From an uncultured virus (IMG/VR IMGVR_UViG_3300029812_000136) (lineage: Duplodnaviria; Heunggongvirae; Uroviricota; Caudoviricetes): a stretch of 64,000 nucleotides of DNA. Each line of letters starts with the position of its first letter. Position 1 is the first letter of the stretch. The notes beneath the pieces are model-generated. The model was given only the letters and a program-made list of their open reading frames with translations, searched no databases and had not been told where the DNA came from. The DNA is taken from the IMG/VR virus record IMGVR_UViG_3300029812_000136; one strand, given 5' to 3'. Both the position numbers and the translations under genes were made by a program. Below are positions 12,460-24,800 of the stretch, piece after piece.

Positions 12460-14032
12460 AATGCCAATCAGATTTCAAATTCCATTTTCTTTAAATCTTG
12501 AGGATAATCAGATTGATAGAATTGAAAGAGACATAGACAAGAAAATTCAAAAAATCAATAATAATTACTACGACAAAACTGTCTATGAATTAGATACTTA
12601 TTCGATAGAAGTTGTAGTTACACTAAGAGAGAGGTCTAAGTAAGATGTCATCAATATCTGAACTCCATCAAATCTTAGGAGAACTTTCTTTCCCAAGAGA
12701 AGTTCAATCAGAATCTGTGCCAGCAAAGAAAGAAAGAAAGTGTCGCATAAAATTCATCGAAGAAGTTACCAACAAATCAAACAATACAGTCATCTTCGAA
12801 AATGGTTCATTCTTCGTCGAGCTTCTTCCTGCATCAATCCTTGTCAGACCAAAAGTAACCAAGAGATATCTCAAAAAAGTCCGCAAAACTGAGCGTGAAA
12901 TGATAATCGAAAAGTCACCGATACCAATACTCATACCATTCACTTCAGAAAATCCACTAAAATGGTTCAAAGATAATGTGTATTCCATCAAAGGACAAAA
13001 AAGACTAATCTCTGGTGTGTGGAAATATCGAGATGAAATATTTCCAAAGGTGATGTTAGGATGAGTGACATTTATGACATAAAACCAACAAAAGCAGTAT
13101 ATTATTTCATCATAACGAGAAGAAAAGATAGTCACCAATTCATTATGACAAAGGAAGAAAGACCAGATGATTTCTTGGAATTACGAGATACAATAATAAT
13201 AAGAGATGCTGATACAAATCAAGAAGTTGCCAATAATACATGGGAAGAGATTGTTGAAGAGTTGGAAAGTAAATCATATAAGAAGGAGATAGAATAAATG
13301 AAAAATGAAGATATAAATAATTCAATTACACCAAAAAGTGATTCATCTGCGTCAAAAGATGTAAAAACCAATGACATGTTAGAACTCAAAGTCTTCCTCT
13401 GGATCAATGGAAGACGGGTAAAGTTCTCATCATGGCGATTTTTCCCTCATCTCCATTATTGTTTCAGACAAGAAGCAGGAAATGGAAATAATTGGGAAGA
13501 TTGGAGTTACGAAAATTCCATGGACATCTGCAAACGTCTTGTCAAAGAAAGTCGAAAAAATACGTATATCGATGTCCAAGGTTCATTAATTACACACATA
13601 ATAGACAGATCTGTTGATAATCAATTAGACAAACTCTTCTCAGGGAAAAAGGTGAGATTATAAGATGGTTGAAGGAAAACTCAGAATCCTATGGCTCTCA
13701 CGTCATAGTCCAACACCAAGTCAAAAGAAAAAACTCGAGAATAGCCTCGGTAAAATAGAAATAATCCAAGTATCAACAATCGTCAATTCACCATATCATG
13801 TGCGTCAACTAATGCAAGATCATCAATGTGAAGACATAGTGGCAGTTCTCCCCCTACGAATCATGGGACAGCTCTGTTCAATAGGTATCTATCCAATCAA
13901 GCCAATCGAAACACTCAAAGATAATGGTACTACTGAGTGGGACACATTCATGCGGATGACAAATGTAGAGGTCACAATGGAGCCATTAAAAGCAAGAAAA
14001 ATAGGAAATGTATTCTTAGGAAAAAGAGAAAC

Positions 14033-14329
14033 ATGAAATCAGGAACTATATTACATAAATCATTCAAGAAACCAACAAATATATTGGCAATTTTGTTAGA
14101 CAAGAACACAACACCAGAACCAATAGATATACTCAAAACAGTGATTTTCCCATGTAATGGTCGTATATACTCAGTCCATTCCTCTATCGGCGATCTCATC
14201 GAATCACTCAAAATAGAAGTCTCAGTCTGGGAACCAATAGATCTCATTGAACACAAAAATGTACCACAGCTTCTCTGGGAAGATATGTTAGGTGAAGAAT
14301 TCGAAAAATACTTCTTTAGGAGTGATTGA
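14033..14329 (+). CDS. Hypothetical protein, paralog of 12130-12459
   Basis: Same motifs; ATG overlaps the upstream stop (ATGA). Confidence 0.6.
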   Translation: MKSGTILHKSFKKPTNILAILLDKNTTPEPIDILKTVIFPCNGRIYSVHSSIGDLIESLKIEVSVWEPIDLIEHKNVPQLLWEDMLGEEFEKYFFRSD

Positions 14330-15468
14330 AATGCACATAAAAGATAGAATAAGAGAAATTGAAGATATGCTTTGGACTTATCATAACGTTCCATTAGTGA
14401 GTGCATTGAGCAGAAATGAAATGAGATTATTGCAAGAAGAATTGCGGAGTTTGTATAGAAAAAATAAATCTAATACAAAGTTAGTAGGAAATGAGTAAAA
14501 ATGAATAATCAAGAACACGAAAAACTAATGATAACATATGAAAGTCTATCTCTCTTGGAAGCAATCCATCTCTTGAAAACTTGTGATGGATATTTTGATG
14601 CTAGAGGTTGTGTTGTCTTAGAGGGGATATAATTCCCCTCAATATATTCATATTAGGAGGATTAAGAGATGAAAGATAAGGGTGTAAATAAAAAAAGAAA
14701 GAGAACTATAAACAAGACTGTATATTTGATTGCTTACGAAGATGGTGTATGGGATGAGACAGCAAAAATAACAAGAATACAAAAGGATGTAAGTGAATTG
14801 ATTGCATTAGGAAAGAAGAGAATTCAAGTTTTTGCAAGAGGAGAGAGTTTAAGGGTGATATAGATATCAAATAAAGGAGAAAAACCAAAAATGAAAACAA
14901 AAGAAGAAGCTGAAGAAATAATGAAAGAAGTAAAAGATCGTGTTGGTGTACTTAAAAACCTTCTACAATTTGAAGTGTGCCAAGATTGCTATTGCGATGG
15001 AGGAGGGTATTACGTAAGGATTCAGTGAGAAAGAAAGGAGAAAACCAAAAATGAAAAATGAAGAAACATTAAAGAAGGTTTTATCAATTCTGATTGCCTT
15101 CTTCATAGTATTTGGGTCATTCATCTGGTTAGTGGCAGTATCAATGATACCATTATTCGATCAACTATCCAGAGAGTGGATCATGATAGTCGGAATAGCA
15201 TTAGGGTATAGTGCATTCTTCGGGTGGTTTGTAACTATAGCAACTAACGCTCTGAGGAAGGAGTTGAGGTAGTAAAGATGTCAACAATTATAACTCTCTC
15301 AAGTGCAACAGTCTTCATGACTCTTGTACTCCTCGTATACACCGATTATCTCAATCCAATAATCTATCAAATACCAGATCTCGGAACATCTGAGGGTGCA
15401 GTCCTTTTCGCATCAGTGGCAGTCGTCTTAGCTATAGCATCAACAATAATAGACATGGGTGACAAAAA

Positions 15469-15966
15469 ATGAGTAATGAAATAACTGTCTTCCCTTATAC
15501 AATAAAAGAGGGAATAATATCAGAAGTAGGAATAGCAAGAGGTGAGGAAATCATACTAAAAGTTCCTCTACTGAGTGGTGTATCGTCTGTAGGAAAAGAT
15601 CTTAGTGTACTGAGTATGGTTGATTGGTCAAAGATAAAACAGGAATCATCCAACTTCAGAAAAGAACATAAGAATCGTGTGATAAACAAACTCAACAAAA
15701 CACAAAAGAGAATATTAAAATATATATATGTCAACAGGAATATTGATTACTCTCTCAAACGATTATCATCTGAGTTGAAGACGGTTAGTTCTCAGATATC
15801 AAGAGATGTTTCAGTACTCTCTTTAGTAGGAGTCATAGACACAAGAAGAAGTAAGCGTAATATTGTTGCATCCATCTCATCATTCGGTCTCGAAGTTTGT
15901 CTCTCTATATTCGGTGAGCAAAAATATGATGATGGAAGGAACTCATTATTGGAGTCAATAAAATGA
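15469..15966 (+). CDS. MarR/ArsR-like wHTH regulator
   Basis: LNKTQKRILKYI...SLKRLSSELKTVSSQISRDVSVLSLVGVIDTRR. Confidence 0.7.
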   Translation: MSNEITVFPYTIKEGIISEVGIARGEEIILKVPLLSGVSSVGKDLSVLSMVDWSKIKQESSNFRKEHKNRVINKLNKTQKRILKYIYVNRNIDYSLKRLSSELKTVSSQISRDVSVLSLVGVIDTRRSKRNIVASISSFGLEVCLSIFGEQKYDDGRNSLLESIK

Positions 15967-16084
15967 TACCAACAAGTATACGTTGCGTTTGTAAAGTCAA
16001 CAAGGCAACTATAACTCTCATTAAAAATAATCAAGTTCTCTTACTCTGTAATACTTGTTACAACAAAAATCGAGAGAAAACAAA

Positions 16085-16453
16085 ATGAATAAGTGTACTT
16101 CTTGTGATTCGGAAAATATTGAAATAAAGATATTACAAAATGACAACAATCCTCATCACACATACATAAAGGAAATATGCAATTCATGTGAACAATCAAT
16201 CACATATGACCGTATTAAAGTCGCAAAACGAGGTGTCACTACATACACTTCAGCCATAGTCCATGCTTTAAAAACTAAAAAACAAAAGAAAGTAATGATA
16301 TCTGCAACAGGTAGTCGAAAGGAGACACAACTTGCAGTAATCTTACATATACAATCCATAGTAGAACCCATCAACTGGAATCTAAGGAGAACAAAACAGC
16401 AAGGAGTAGAATTGAACGTAATATTATGTTTGAAGAATTTGAATCAGGAATAA
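16085..16453 (+). CDS. Zn-ribbon fused to a divergent Alba-like domain
   Basis: CTSC...CNSC, then IKVAKRGVTTYTSAIVHAL..KKVMISATG resembling the Alba GKKPxxNY..KARG pattern. Confidence 0.45.
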   Translation: MNKCTSCDSENIEIKILQNDNNPHHTYIKEICNSCEQSITYDRIKVAKRGVTTYTSAIVHALKTKKQKKVMISATGSRKETQLAVILHIQSIVEPINWNLRRTKQQGVELNVILCLKNLNQE

Positions 16454-19128
16454 TTGAAGTACCAACCGAAACGTACGAAGAAGAGGAGGAAGAATGTCTT
16501 GAATATTCATCCAATCCTCTCTACGATAATTTCATGATAGAAGGAAAATTCAAAAAGAACAAATTTCTCGGTATAAATCTAATCAAGAAATTATACATAA
16601 ATAATGAAGAAATAACATAGGTGAACAAATAAAAATGGTAAGTAAAGAAACTATAACTCAAACTGAAGAAGACATCAACAACATTCCACGAATAAAAGTA
16701 GAAAGTAGTTTCATAAAGGAAATCATAATCAATAAACAATTGATAGCAAGAGGTGACTTGAAAGGTAACCCACCCATCTATACAGTAAAAATATCAATCA
16801 TGGATGATATTGGTGGAAGACACAAAGTTACGACTATTGAAGGTTTTGTAAAAGACAAATTAGAGGTGAGAATATAAAATGAAAGGAATCAGAACTTCTT
16901 GTATAACAGGAAAAGAGGAGGAAGTCGAACTCGATTATGTCATAGAAGATGGTGGTGTCAGTAAAGTTTTTAGAATCCTCAATGGACCAACAGGTTATGA
17001 AAGCTTTTGTGTAGAGGATGGTAAAAAGTTTGGCATAACAGAAAGGGGTTGGAATGCATGTGTAGGAACTAAAGGTGTGTGGGATAGTTTGTTCATCTCT
17101 CCAGAAGAGATGAGGAAAGTATTTAGAGATGAGGATATAGAATGAAATGTAAAGTTGGAGAAGAAGCGGGTATTGATGAAGATGCTACATACATGTGTCC
17201 GAGATGTGGTAGAGGATATTGTGATATTTGTGCGCAGAATATGGAGTATCAATGTGATTGTTTAGTATCGCATCAAATGGTGAGAATATAGAATGAAAAC
17301 AAATGGCAAATTGATAATATTAGTGTGGTGGATTTTGTTTTTTATTGTGTCAATATCTCTGGCTTATATTTGTTTTTCTTCATATGTATTAGGAGAAAAT
17401 ATATATTATAAATGTCATACTGTTCTCTTGATTTTACTTGTGTGTTTGGTAATTGTTTCTTGGATAGGAATGTTTGTGAAAAGAGCAGAAATGAATGATA
17501 ATTTAAATAAAGAATATTCTTCGTTGTATAATTCATTAGATAGTCTTGAGGAGCATTTAAAAGACTACGAAAAGATAGATAGATCAGAACAACAAACGGA
17601 GAATTTAAGAGATCAACAAAAATGAATAACAATGGAATTCATATTGTTCAATAATTAGAGATGGTTAAGGAGTGAAAATGGGAGTGAAAAATAAAATGAA
17701 TCTTGAAGATGTTAGTTTAGTAATATTGATATTAGCTGTACTTGGTTTTGGTGCTATTTGTGTTTTAGATTTTGGTCTAATACCAATAGGAGAAGAAAAA
17801 CAAATATCAGGATACACTATAGATGTTGACTACATATCAGGTGGAATTGGACAAAATTCAATGACGATCGTCACTTTCGATAAAGGAGAAGTAATCATAT
17901 TTAGAGGTATAGAAGAGATACCAGAAAAACAACATATCTCTATTATTTACAAGGATACACTTTATAAGTCCAAGCAATTCATTTCTTGTGAGGTGATACA
18001 ATAATATGACACCTATAGAAATTGGAATTGTGTATATAATTGTTACCTTTCTTCTATTAATAGTATTGGCTGTATCATTAATGTATACTACTTTTTTTGT
18101 TTCTTGTGAATCGAGAAAATTACATGGTTTTATATGGTTTGTTTATATTTGTGCTATTATTTTGTTTGCTCTTTCTACAAATCAAGTATGTATTCAGGAT
18201 TGGCAAATAACTGATAACAAAATAGTAACAATCACTGATAAATGGACGGAACAAGGTGAATATTTCTTTTCAGATGAATCTAATAATATTTATCAGTTAT
18301 TAGAAAAAAGTACAGGACAAATAAAACGTCAAGAGACATCTGTTTATAGATATGATGAATTGGTTTTAGGAAACAAATATAATATAACAACAAATCAGTT
18401 TTTTACAAATCAAAGATGTCTCTATTCTATAAAAGAAGAGGTGTTATAAAAATGAAAACATTTCATTCAAAGGAAGAAGTAGAAAAAGAATACTTTCCAA
18501 CAGAGTATGCTGAAAAGCAATATATAATAGGATTCATCCCAAAAGGAAAAGAAAATGCAATTTCATACACAATGTTAGAAATAAAGGTAATTTTCTCACC
18601 TCATACTTTAAAAACAAGACACAACTTAAAAGATATTCTCAAGAAACTTTTAGATGATCACGAAATCTTTTCAGAGACAAGACGAGAAGAAATAATGAAG
18701 AATTGTATACTTGATAAAACATATTACTGGAAGTGAAAAACAAAAATGAAACCAAATGAGAAAGATAAATATGAAATATTCCAGAGAAGGATTAAGACAT
18801 ATAACAATGAAAATAACAGGTATACACACTATGTTGATTTGTGTGATGGAACAATAATGGTAATCATTTGGAACAGAAATTATTGGGATTATGAAATTTT
18901 TAATCTTGAGGTGGAGAAACGGAGAGATGGGAATTGAAGAGGAATATAATGATAAAGAATTAGAAAAAAGAATAAAGAAACAATTTAGTGAATTAGTGTC
19001 TAGTGGAGTAGGTTGGAATCCAGAATATTATGCAGATATATGTTCATATTCATTTGAATTAATACCTTGTTATGAGGAGTTAAAAAAGAGAGGTTACAAA
19101 GTTGAACTTAAAGTAAGGAGAGAGTAAC

Positions 19129-20070
19129 TTGTCAATACAAAAAAAGTACATCCCAAAAACATGGGATCAAATAATTGGTCAGGAAGAAATAGTTACACAA
19201 CTCAAAGAATATAAGTCAATCAGCGATATGCCTAATCTTGCTTTCATAGGTCGAGCAGGGATCGGAAAAACTGCATGTGCATATGTGCTTGCGAAGTCAT
19301 TAAACATTCCTATAGTCGAACTAAATGCAAGTGATGATCGTGGAATTGATGTTGTTCGTGGAACAATAAAAACGCTTCTTTTTACAGAAGGTGAACGAAT
19401 CATTCTTATGGACGAAATGGATGCATTAACGGGACCAGCTCAAGATGCACTAAAACGTTCAATGGAACGATCTCTTAATATGACAGGAAACAGATTAATC
19501 TTTACAATCAATCGAAGATGGAAAATCGTCGATCCAATTCTCTCTCGATGTACTATATTCTATTTCAATCCTCTAACAGACGAAAATATCAAAACTCTAT
19601 CTACCAGAATCTTCCGTGAGGAATCAATAAAATTCAATACAAAAGAGGATATAATCAAGTCTCTCGATATCATTTCCAAATCATCTCGAGGTGATGCAAG
19701 GAGAGCAATAAATATCATTGGTAAGATATTAAACACAGAACCAGATGACATCATTTCCATACTCAAACGTGAATCTGTAGAAATTGACTTCGCAGAAGAA
19801 ACATTTAATTATGCAGTCAAAGGTAATTGGGAAAAGTGTCTCAGATCCCTTGAGAACTTATTAGTCCAACAAAACATAGACGGTTCTGTAACTCTCGAGA
19901 TATTTTACAGGGGTTTAGAGAAGCTGGACATCGATCCAGTTCTAAAGTACCCACTCTATGAAAGATTAGCAGATGTTGAAAGGGCTCTCCAAATCCAATG
20001 CAATCCTCTCATCCAATTCTCATCGTTCTTAATGTCTGTAGTTGGTGTGACACATTATAAAGGTGAGTGA
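19129..20070 (+). CDS. rfcS: Replication factor C small subunit
   Basis: KKYIPKTWDQIIGQ, GRAGIGKT, ELNASDDRGIDVVR, DEMD, PILSRC, GDARRAIN. Confidence 0.92.
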   Translation: MSIQKKYIPKTWDQIIGQEEIVTQLKEYKSISDMPNLAFIGRAGIGKTACAYVLAKSLNIPIVELNASDDRGIDVVRGTIKTLLFTEGERIILMDEMDALTGPAQDALKRSMERSLNMTGNRLIFTINRRWKIVDPILSRCTIFYFNPLTDENIKTLSTRIFREESIKFNTKEDIIKSLDIISKSSRGDARRAINIIGKILNTEPDDIISILKRESVEIDFAEETFNYAVKGNWEKCLRSLENLLVQQNIDGSVTLEIFYRGLEKLDIDPVLKYPLYERLADVERALQIQCNPLIQFSSFLMSVVGVTHYKGE

Positions 20071-21333
20071 AAAATGAAAGCAAATAAAGAAACATTTGAA
20101 GAAGTCCAAAAGTTTTGCAAGGAGAATGCAATAGACATAAAAATAGAGAAAGAACAAAAGATACACATAAATGGTTTCCCATATTGGGAAGTCACCAATT
20201 GGGATGAATTCACAAATGCTATAGGAATGTGTCAAGTACCTACGATAGGTAGTGTGTTATATCATAATGATGGTATCAGAGTAGAGATTCGTGATGATTT
20301 TGTATGGAACAATAAAGATTATAGGTTTGATTTTGGTGATGTAAAGGATATATTACATTCGAAGAAAATAAAAGATAGATCATATCCGAAGATATGATAT
20401 CATGAAACAAAATCAATAAAAGATGTCAAATACAGAATAGAAAAAAAGAAGAGACAAATAATGAAAATATCAGAAGCAGAATTAATCGAAAAACTTGCAG
20501 AAATTGAACATAGTCAGTGGACAGTTTGGAGCAAAGCAATAGCAGAGGAATTAGAACGGTTTGGAGGTTTTGATTATATGCCCATCCTTCCTGATAGTAT
20601 TAGTATTTTAGAGGCTGTTGCAGCACGGTTACGTCGTTGGAAGAAGCTTTGGGTGTCTTATAATGATCTATCAGAGGAAATGAAAGAGCATGACAGAGTT
20701 TGGGCAAGAAAAGTAATCAAACTTCTCAAGGAAAATGAGATATTAAAATGAAAAAAGGAGATAAAGTAAAAATATTGAGAAATGGAGATATTCCTTTTGA
20801 CTACCAGAATTGTGAGGGTGTAATTGTTTCAGAGTGGACTGAGGAGGAGAAATACAATGGCAGTGCTAATGATAATTTAAGAAGATTCGACATAATGCTC
20901 TCCAAGCCAATTGACAGAATTGCATGGTTTGATGAAGACGAGTTTGTATTGATGGAGAATAAAAAATGAAACTCGAAGATCAAGTATGTAGCTTAGAATT
21001 GGCAAAGAAGCTGAAAGAGTTAGGTGTGGACCAAGATAGTTACTTCTACTGGTGTAGAATACGAGATCTTGAAACTGACCACATAAGTATTAAAAGTGAA
21101 TCACAGATCCAAACCTTGGAAAACCATTATCAAGTTGATAAAATCACTTCGGCATTCACAGTTGCAGAACTCGGTGAGATGCTACCTTCCTTCATTGATT
21201 CTTGGCATGTAAAAAGAACGTGGGAGTGTAGTGTCAAATTGGATAGAGATGGTGGTATGACATTCTGTGCGAAAACGGAAGCAGATGCAAGAGCAAAGAT
21301 GCTTATTTATCTCTTAAAAAATAAATTATTATT

Positions 21334-22059
21334 ATGATACCAAAAAATCTTCTTCCTCTCTCTCCATGGAATTTCAACACATTCTCTCAATGTCCAGCAA
21401 AATTCTGGTACCAAAAAAACTGGGACATAAAACCATTTCCACAAAAGCCAAATGATCGTATGTTCTTTGGCAATGTCTGTCACAGCATTCAAAGCGATTA
21501 TTACAATCTCCTTCTCAAAGAAAAAGATTTCTCACCAGAAAAAGTTTCTTTTCTCTATCAAAAAGCAGTAAACATGAATAGAAATAATATCGAAGATATA
21601 CAAAAATACAATTATCATCTCTCAGGTTTCGAAAAATTCGAAATCAAACGTCTCCAGTGGTCTGAATACAAACCTATATCAATCGAATCCAAAATAGATA
21701 AAGGATCATTCAGGGGAAAAGTGGATGCTATATTCAAATCAAACAAAGGTGAAACAGTAGTCATAGACTGGAAGACAGGAAATGTATATGGTGAATATTT
21801 TGATTCATATTGTCTCCAAGGATATATCTACAAGTATGTTACAAATGCAGATAAAGTAATGTTCTTTACACCTCTCCGTAGACAAACAATAACAATAACA
21901 GATGAACAACTAAACAAAGGTAGAGACATGATCGTCAATATATTACAGGAAATCGAATCATGTGTCAACAACAGAAATAAAGGTGAATGGTGTAAAGACT
22001 GTGAATATAATCTTGTTTGTAAATTCAGCGAATTAGGAATAAAATTAGATATAATATAA
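21334..22059 (+). CDS. Cas4-like PD-(D/E)xK exonuclease
   Basis: QCPAKFWY, GNVCH, GKVDAI..VIDWKTG, LQGYIY, C-terminal CKDCEYNLVC (4-Cys Fe-S pattern). Confidence 0.85.
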   Translation: MIPKNLLPLSPWNFNTFSQCPAKFWYQKNWDIKPFPQKPNDRMFFGNVCHSIQSDYYNLLLKEKDFSPEKVSFLYQKAVNMNRNNIEDIQKYNYHLSGFEKFEIKRLQWSEYKPISIESKIDKGSFRGKVDAIFKSNKGETVVIDWKTGNVYGEYFDSYCLQGYIYKYVTNADKVMFFTPLRRQTITITDEQLNKGRDMIVNILQEIESCVNNRNKGEWCKDCEYNLVCKFSELGIKLDII

Positions 22060-24800
22060 TGAGAAGTGAGAAGAATGAAAAAAGATAATGATTGTTCTAC
22101 TTGCTATTTTAGAGATAAACAAGATGAGTGTCCAGTACTTTTTGAACTCCAAGGACAATTGTCATCAACTGGTATATTCTACTGTTCGTTTTGGGTAGAA
22201 GAAGTTAGGAGACATAAAAATGAAAAAATACCCAAGAATCAAAACAAATAAAGAAAAGATATTAGTAGTTGTCGAACTCCAATCCATAAATTCTATGTGT
22301 GAACATGAAGAAACAATAGAGTGGTACTCTCTTAAAGAACTAAGACAAATATTAAAAGACCAAAAGAAGGAGGAGTATTAATACAAAATGAAAATTGAGT
22401 TGTTAAATAAAATAAAGTACAATGTAAATATAATAAGGGAGATTTCACTTTATATATGTGTTGGTGTTATAGGATTCACAAGCTATACTTTCTCGTTGTG
22501 TGTTTTACATATTCTATACAACAATGAATTAATGACTGAAAAGAGTGCAGTGTTCTTAAGCAAATATCTCTTCTATTCGTGTAATATTTTCTGTGTACTT
22601 GTAGCAATCATTATTTCTTTAGTTGTTATATCTTTGATTTGTGACATTGTATATTTATCAAAGCAAGGAATAGAATGAACAAAAGGAGACGAAAAGCCAT
22701 GAGTGAAGAAAATGAAGAGGAAAACATATACCTGGATCATTGGAACACTGGAGAATATTGTCCCTTTTGTGGAGCAATAAAAGGCGAACCACATGGGATT
22801 CATTACTTTGTATGAGGAGAGAAAAGAATAAATGCCATCACGAAAAGAGATTGCAGAAAAATTATATATATGGTTAAGGAGAAATAGCGAATTAAAAATT
22901 TCAAAAGAAAAAATAAAGGATTTCATCTCTGGAAAAGAATACGCTTTGGTCTTTTGGGCAGAAGGCAGTCGTTGGAAGTCTTTGATGAGGAATATCCCAT
23001 ATCCTCCTTTTTGCACACTTCCAAAAGGGATGTATTTCATAGTTCACGACTCTGCAGCAGAATATCTCTTTTGCGGAGCTTGCGGGAAATATATTTGTAA
23101 TATCTCGGATGAAAAGAAACACCAGAACTGTAAACATAAAATACTCGACCTTGGGTTGGAGGAGAGCATTAAAGAAGTCTGAGGAAGAGAAATGAAAAGA
23201 ATAAAGAATCCATTTCATCATTTACCTGAATACATAAGGAGGCGATATGGTACTCATATAAGCCATATCAGATACAAAAAAATGTTAAGAGATTATGAGC
23301 AATGGAAAGCGGAAAGGAAAGAAGAGAAATGCAGGATGTAATGGTTAAGAACGTATGAAGGAGGTGATTAGAAAGATGGTTGAAGAAGAAAAGGTGAAAT
23401 ACCGATTAGAACTTTTAGATGTTATATACGCCCTTCAAGATACGATAAAGGAGCAATTACGAGAATTTAACGAGAAAACAGGGTTACAAGTTCAAAGTAT
23501 TCATATTTATAATCAATTCGATGGAGAAATTGGGAGTGTTAAATTAAGCGTTGGAGTGGAAGGAAGATGAGTGAAGAATGCTATGAGGAAAAATCAAAAG
23601 ACATAGAAGAACGAGCTGATGATTGTGAAAAAGATGCTTTAATTTGCAAAATTCTCGAACACTGTGTATGTATGGGGTCCAAAGAAACGAAAACGAAATT
23701 TGAAGTGATGAGACAGATCGCTTGTGAAAAGTTAAGAGAGGGTGCAGAGAGTGAAGAGTAAATATGTCCGAAGAGAAAGATAGAGTACCAGCAACAATCA
23801 TAGTGGGAATTGGAGTTGGATGCGGGTGGACTGTTGTGGGTGTGTTTACACATACTACTCCACTCATAATTATTGGAATAGCGGCATTAATTATAGGTGT
23901 AATTGCAGCAATAGATACGCAAATAAAGTGTGAGGAAAAACATGAAAGTGGAAATAAAAGCCGAAATCGCTGAGAAAATAGATGAAATCGCAAGTATATG
24001 CGAAGATATATTCTATCTGATTCCCTTGGAAGATGAGGGGGGAAGAAAAACACGCGCCTATTTTGATACTCTGGCAGATGATATAAGGGATACGATATAC
24101 CGAGAAATGGGTGTTGAGGTGGGAGAAGATGAGGACAAAGATTATGAGGAGGAAGCACCGAGCTTGTCCGATGATACATTGGCAGAAGAACGTATGGCGA
24201 GGGTGATGTAAAGAAAGTATGGAGGAGGTGAAGAGGAAAGATGAATGAAGAAATAAAGAAAGAATTTCGAGATGCTATAAGATCGTATGAGAATGCTCGG
24301 CATGAAGCTGAAACTAATCCGTTAGGTCGTGGTGTAAGATCAGTACGAGCCTCTGGTGAAGGACTTGTTTTATTCTATGAAGGGAGAATTTCTGGATTGA
24401 GTGTCGCACTTCTGAAACTCGGCATATCGAATGAAGACATTGATAAGATACAACGTGAAGTAACCGATGAGGCAATAGAGGAATTAAGAAAGTCTGAGGA
24501 GCGTGAAGAGAAAAGATGAGGAGAGACCAAGGATGGATTAAGATGGTTGGATGGCATAGGTATCATTATTTTGTTGATGGTGAGAGCCTATGCAAGCAAC
24601 ATAGTGTTAGTGTGCTTGAAAACGGGGATCACATGATTGGACATGATCGGTGCAAGGCTTGTGAGAGAAAGTTGCTTGCGTTTGGGATAAAATAGAATGA
24701 AAATAGAAAGATCTATTGAAGAAATCAGTAAAGGAATTGAAGAGTTAGAAGATGTAATAAAATCAACTTCAGACTTTGAATTGAATGAAGATATAATAAA

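Noticed and set aside
13665..14036. Resemblance of SRH...VAVLPL to Csx16-like proteins
   Set aside because: Too few matching residues, and no cas operon nearby
21334..22059. CRISPR-Cas system suggested by the Cas4-like gene
   Set aside because: No repeat-spacer array or other cas genes seen; solo Cas4-like nucleases are common in archaeal viruses
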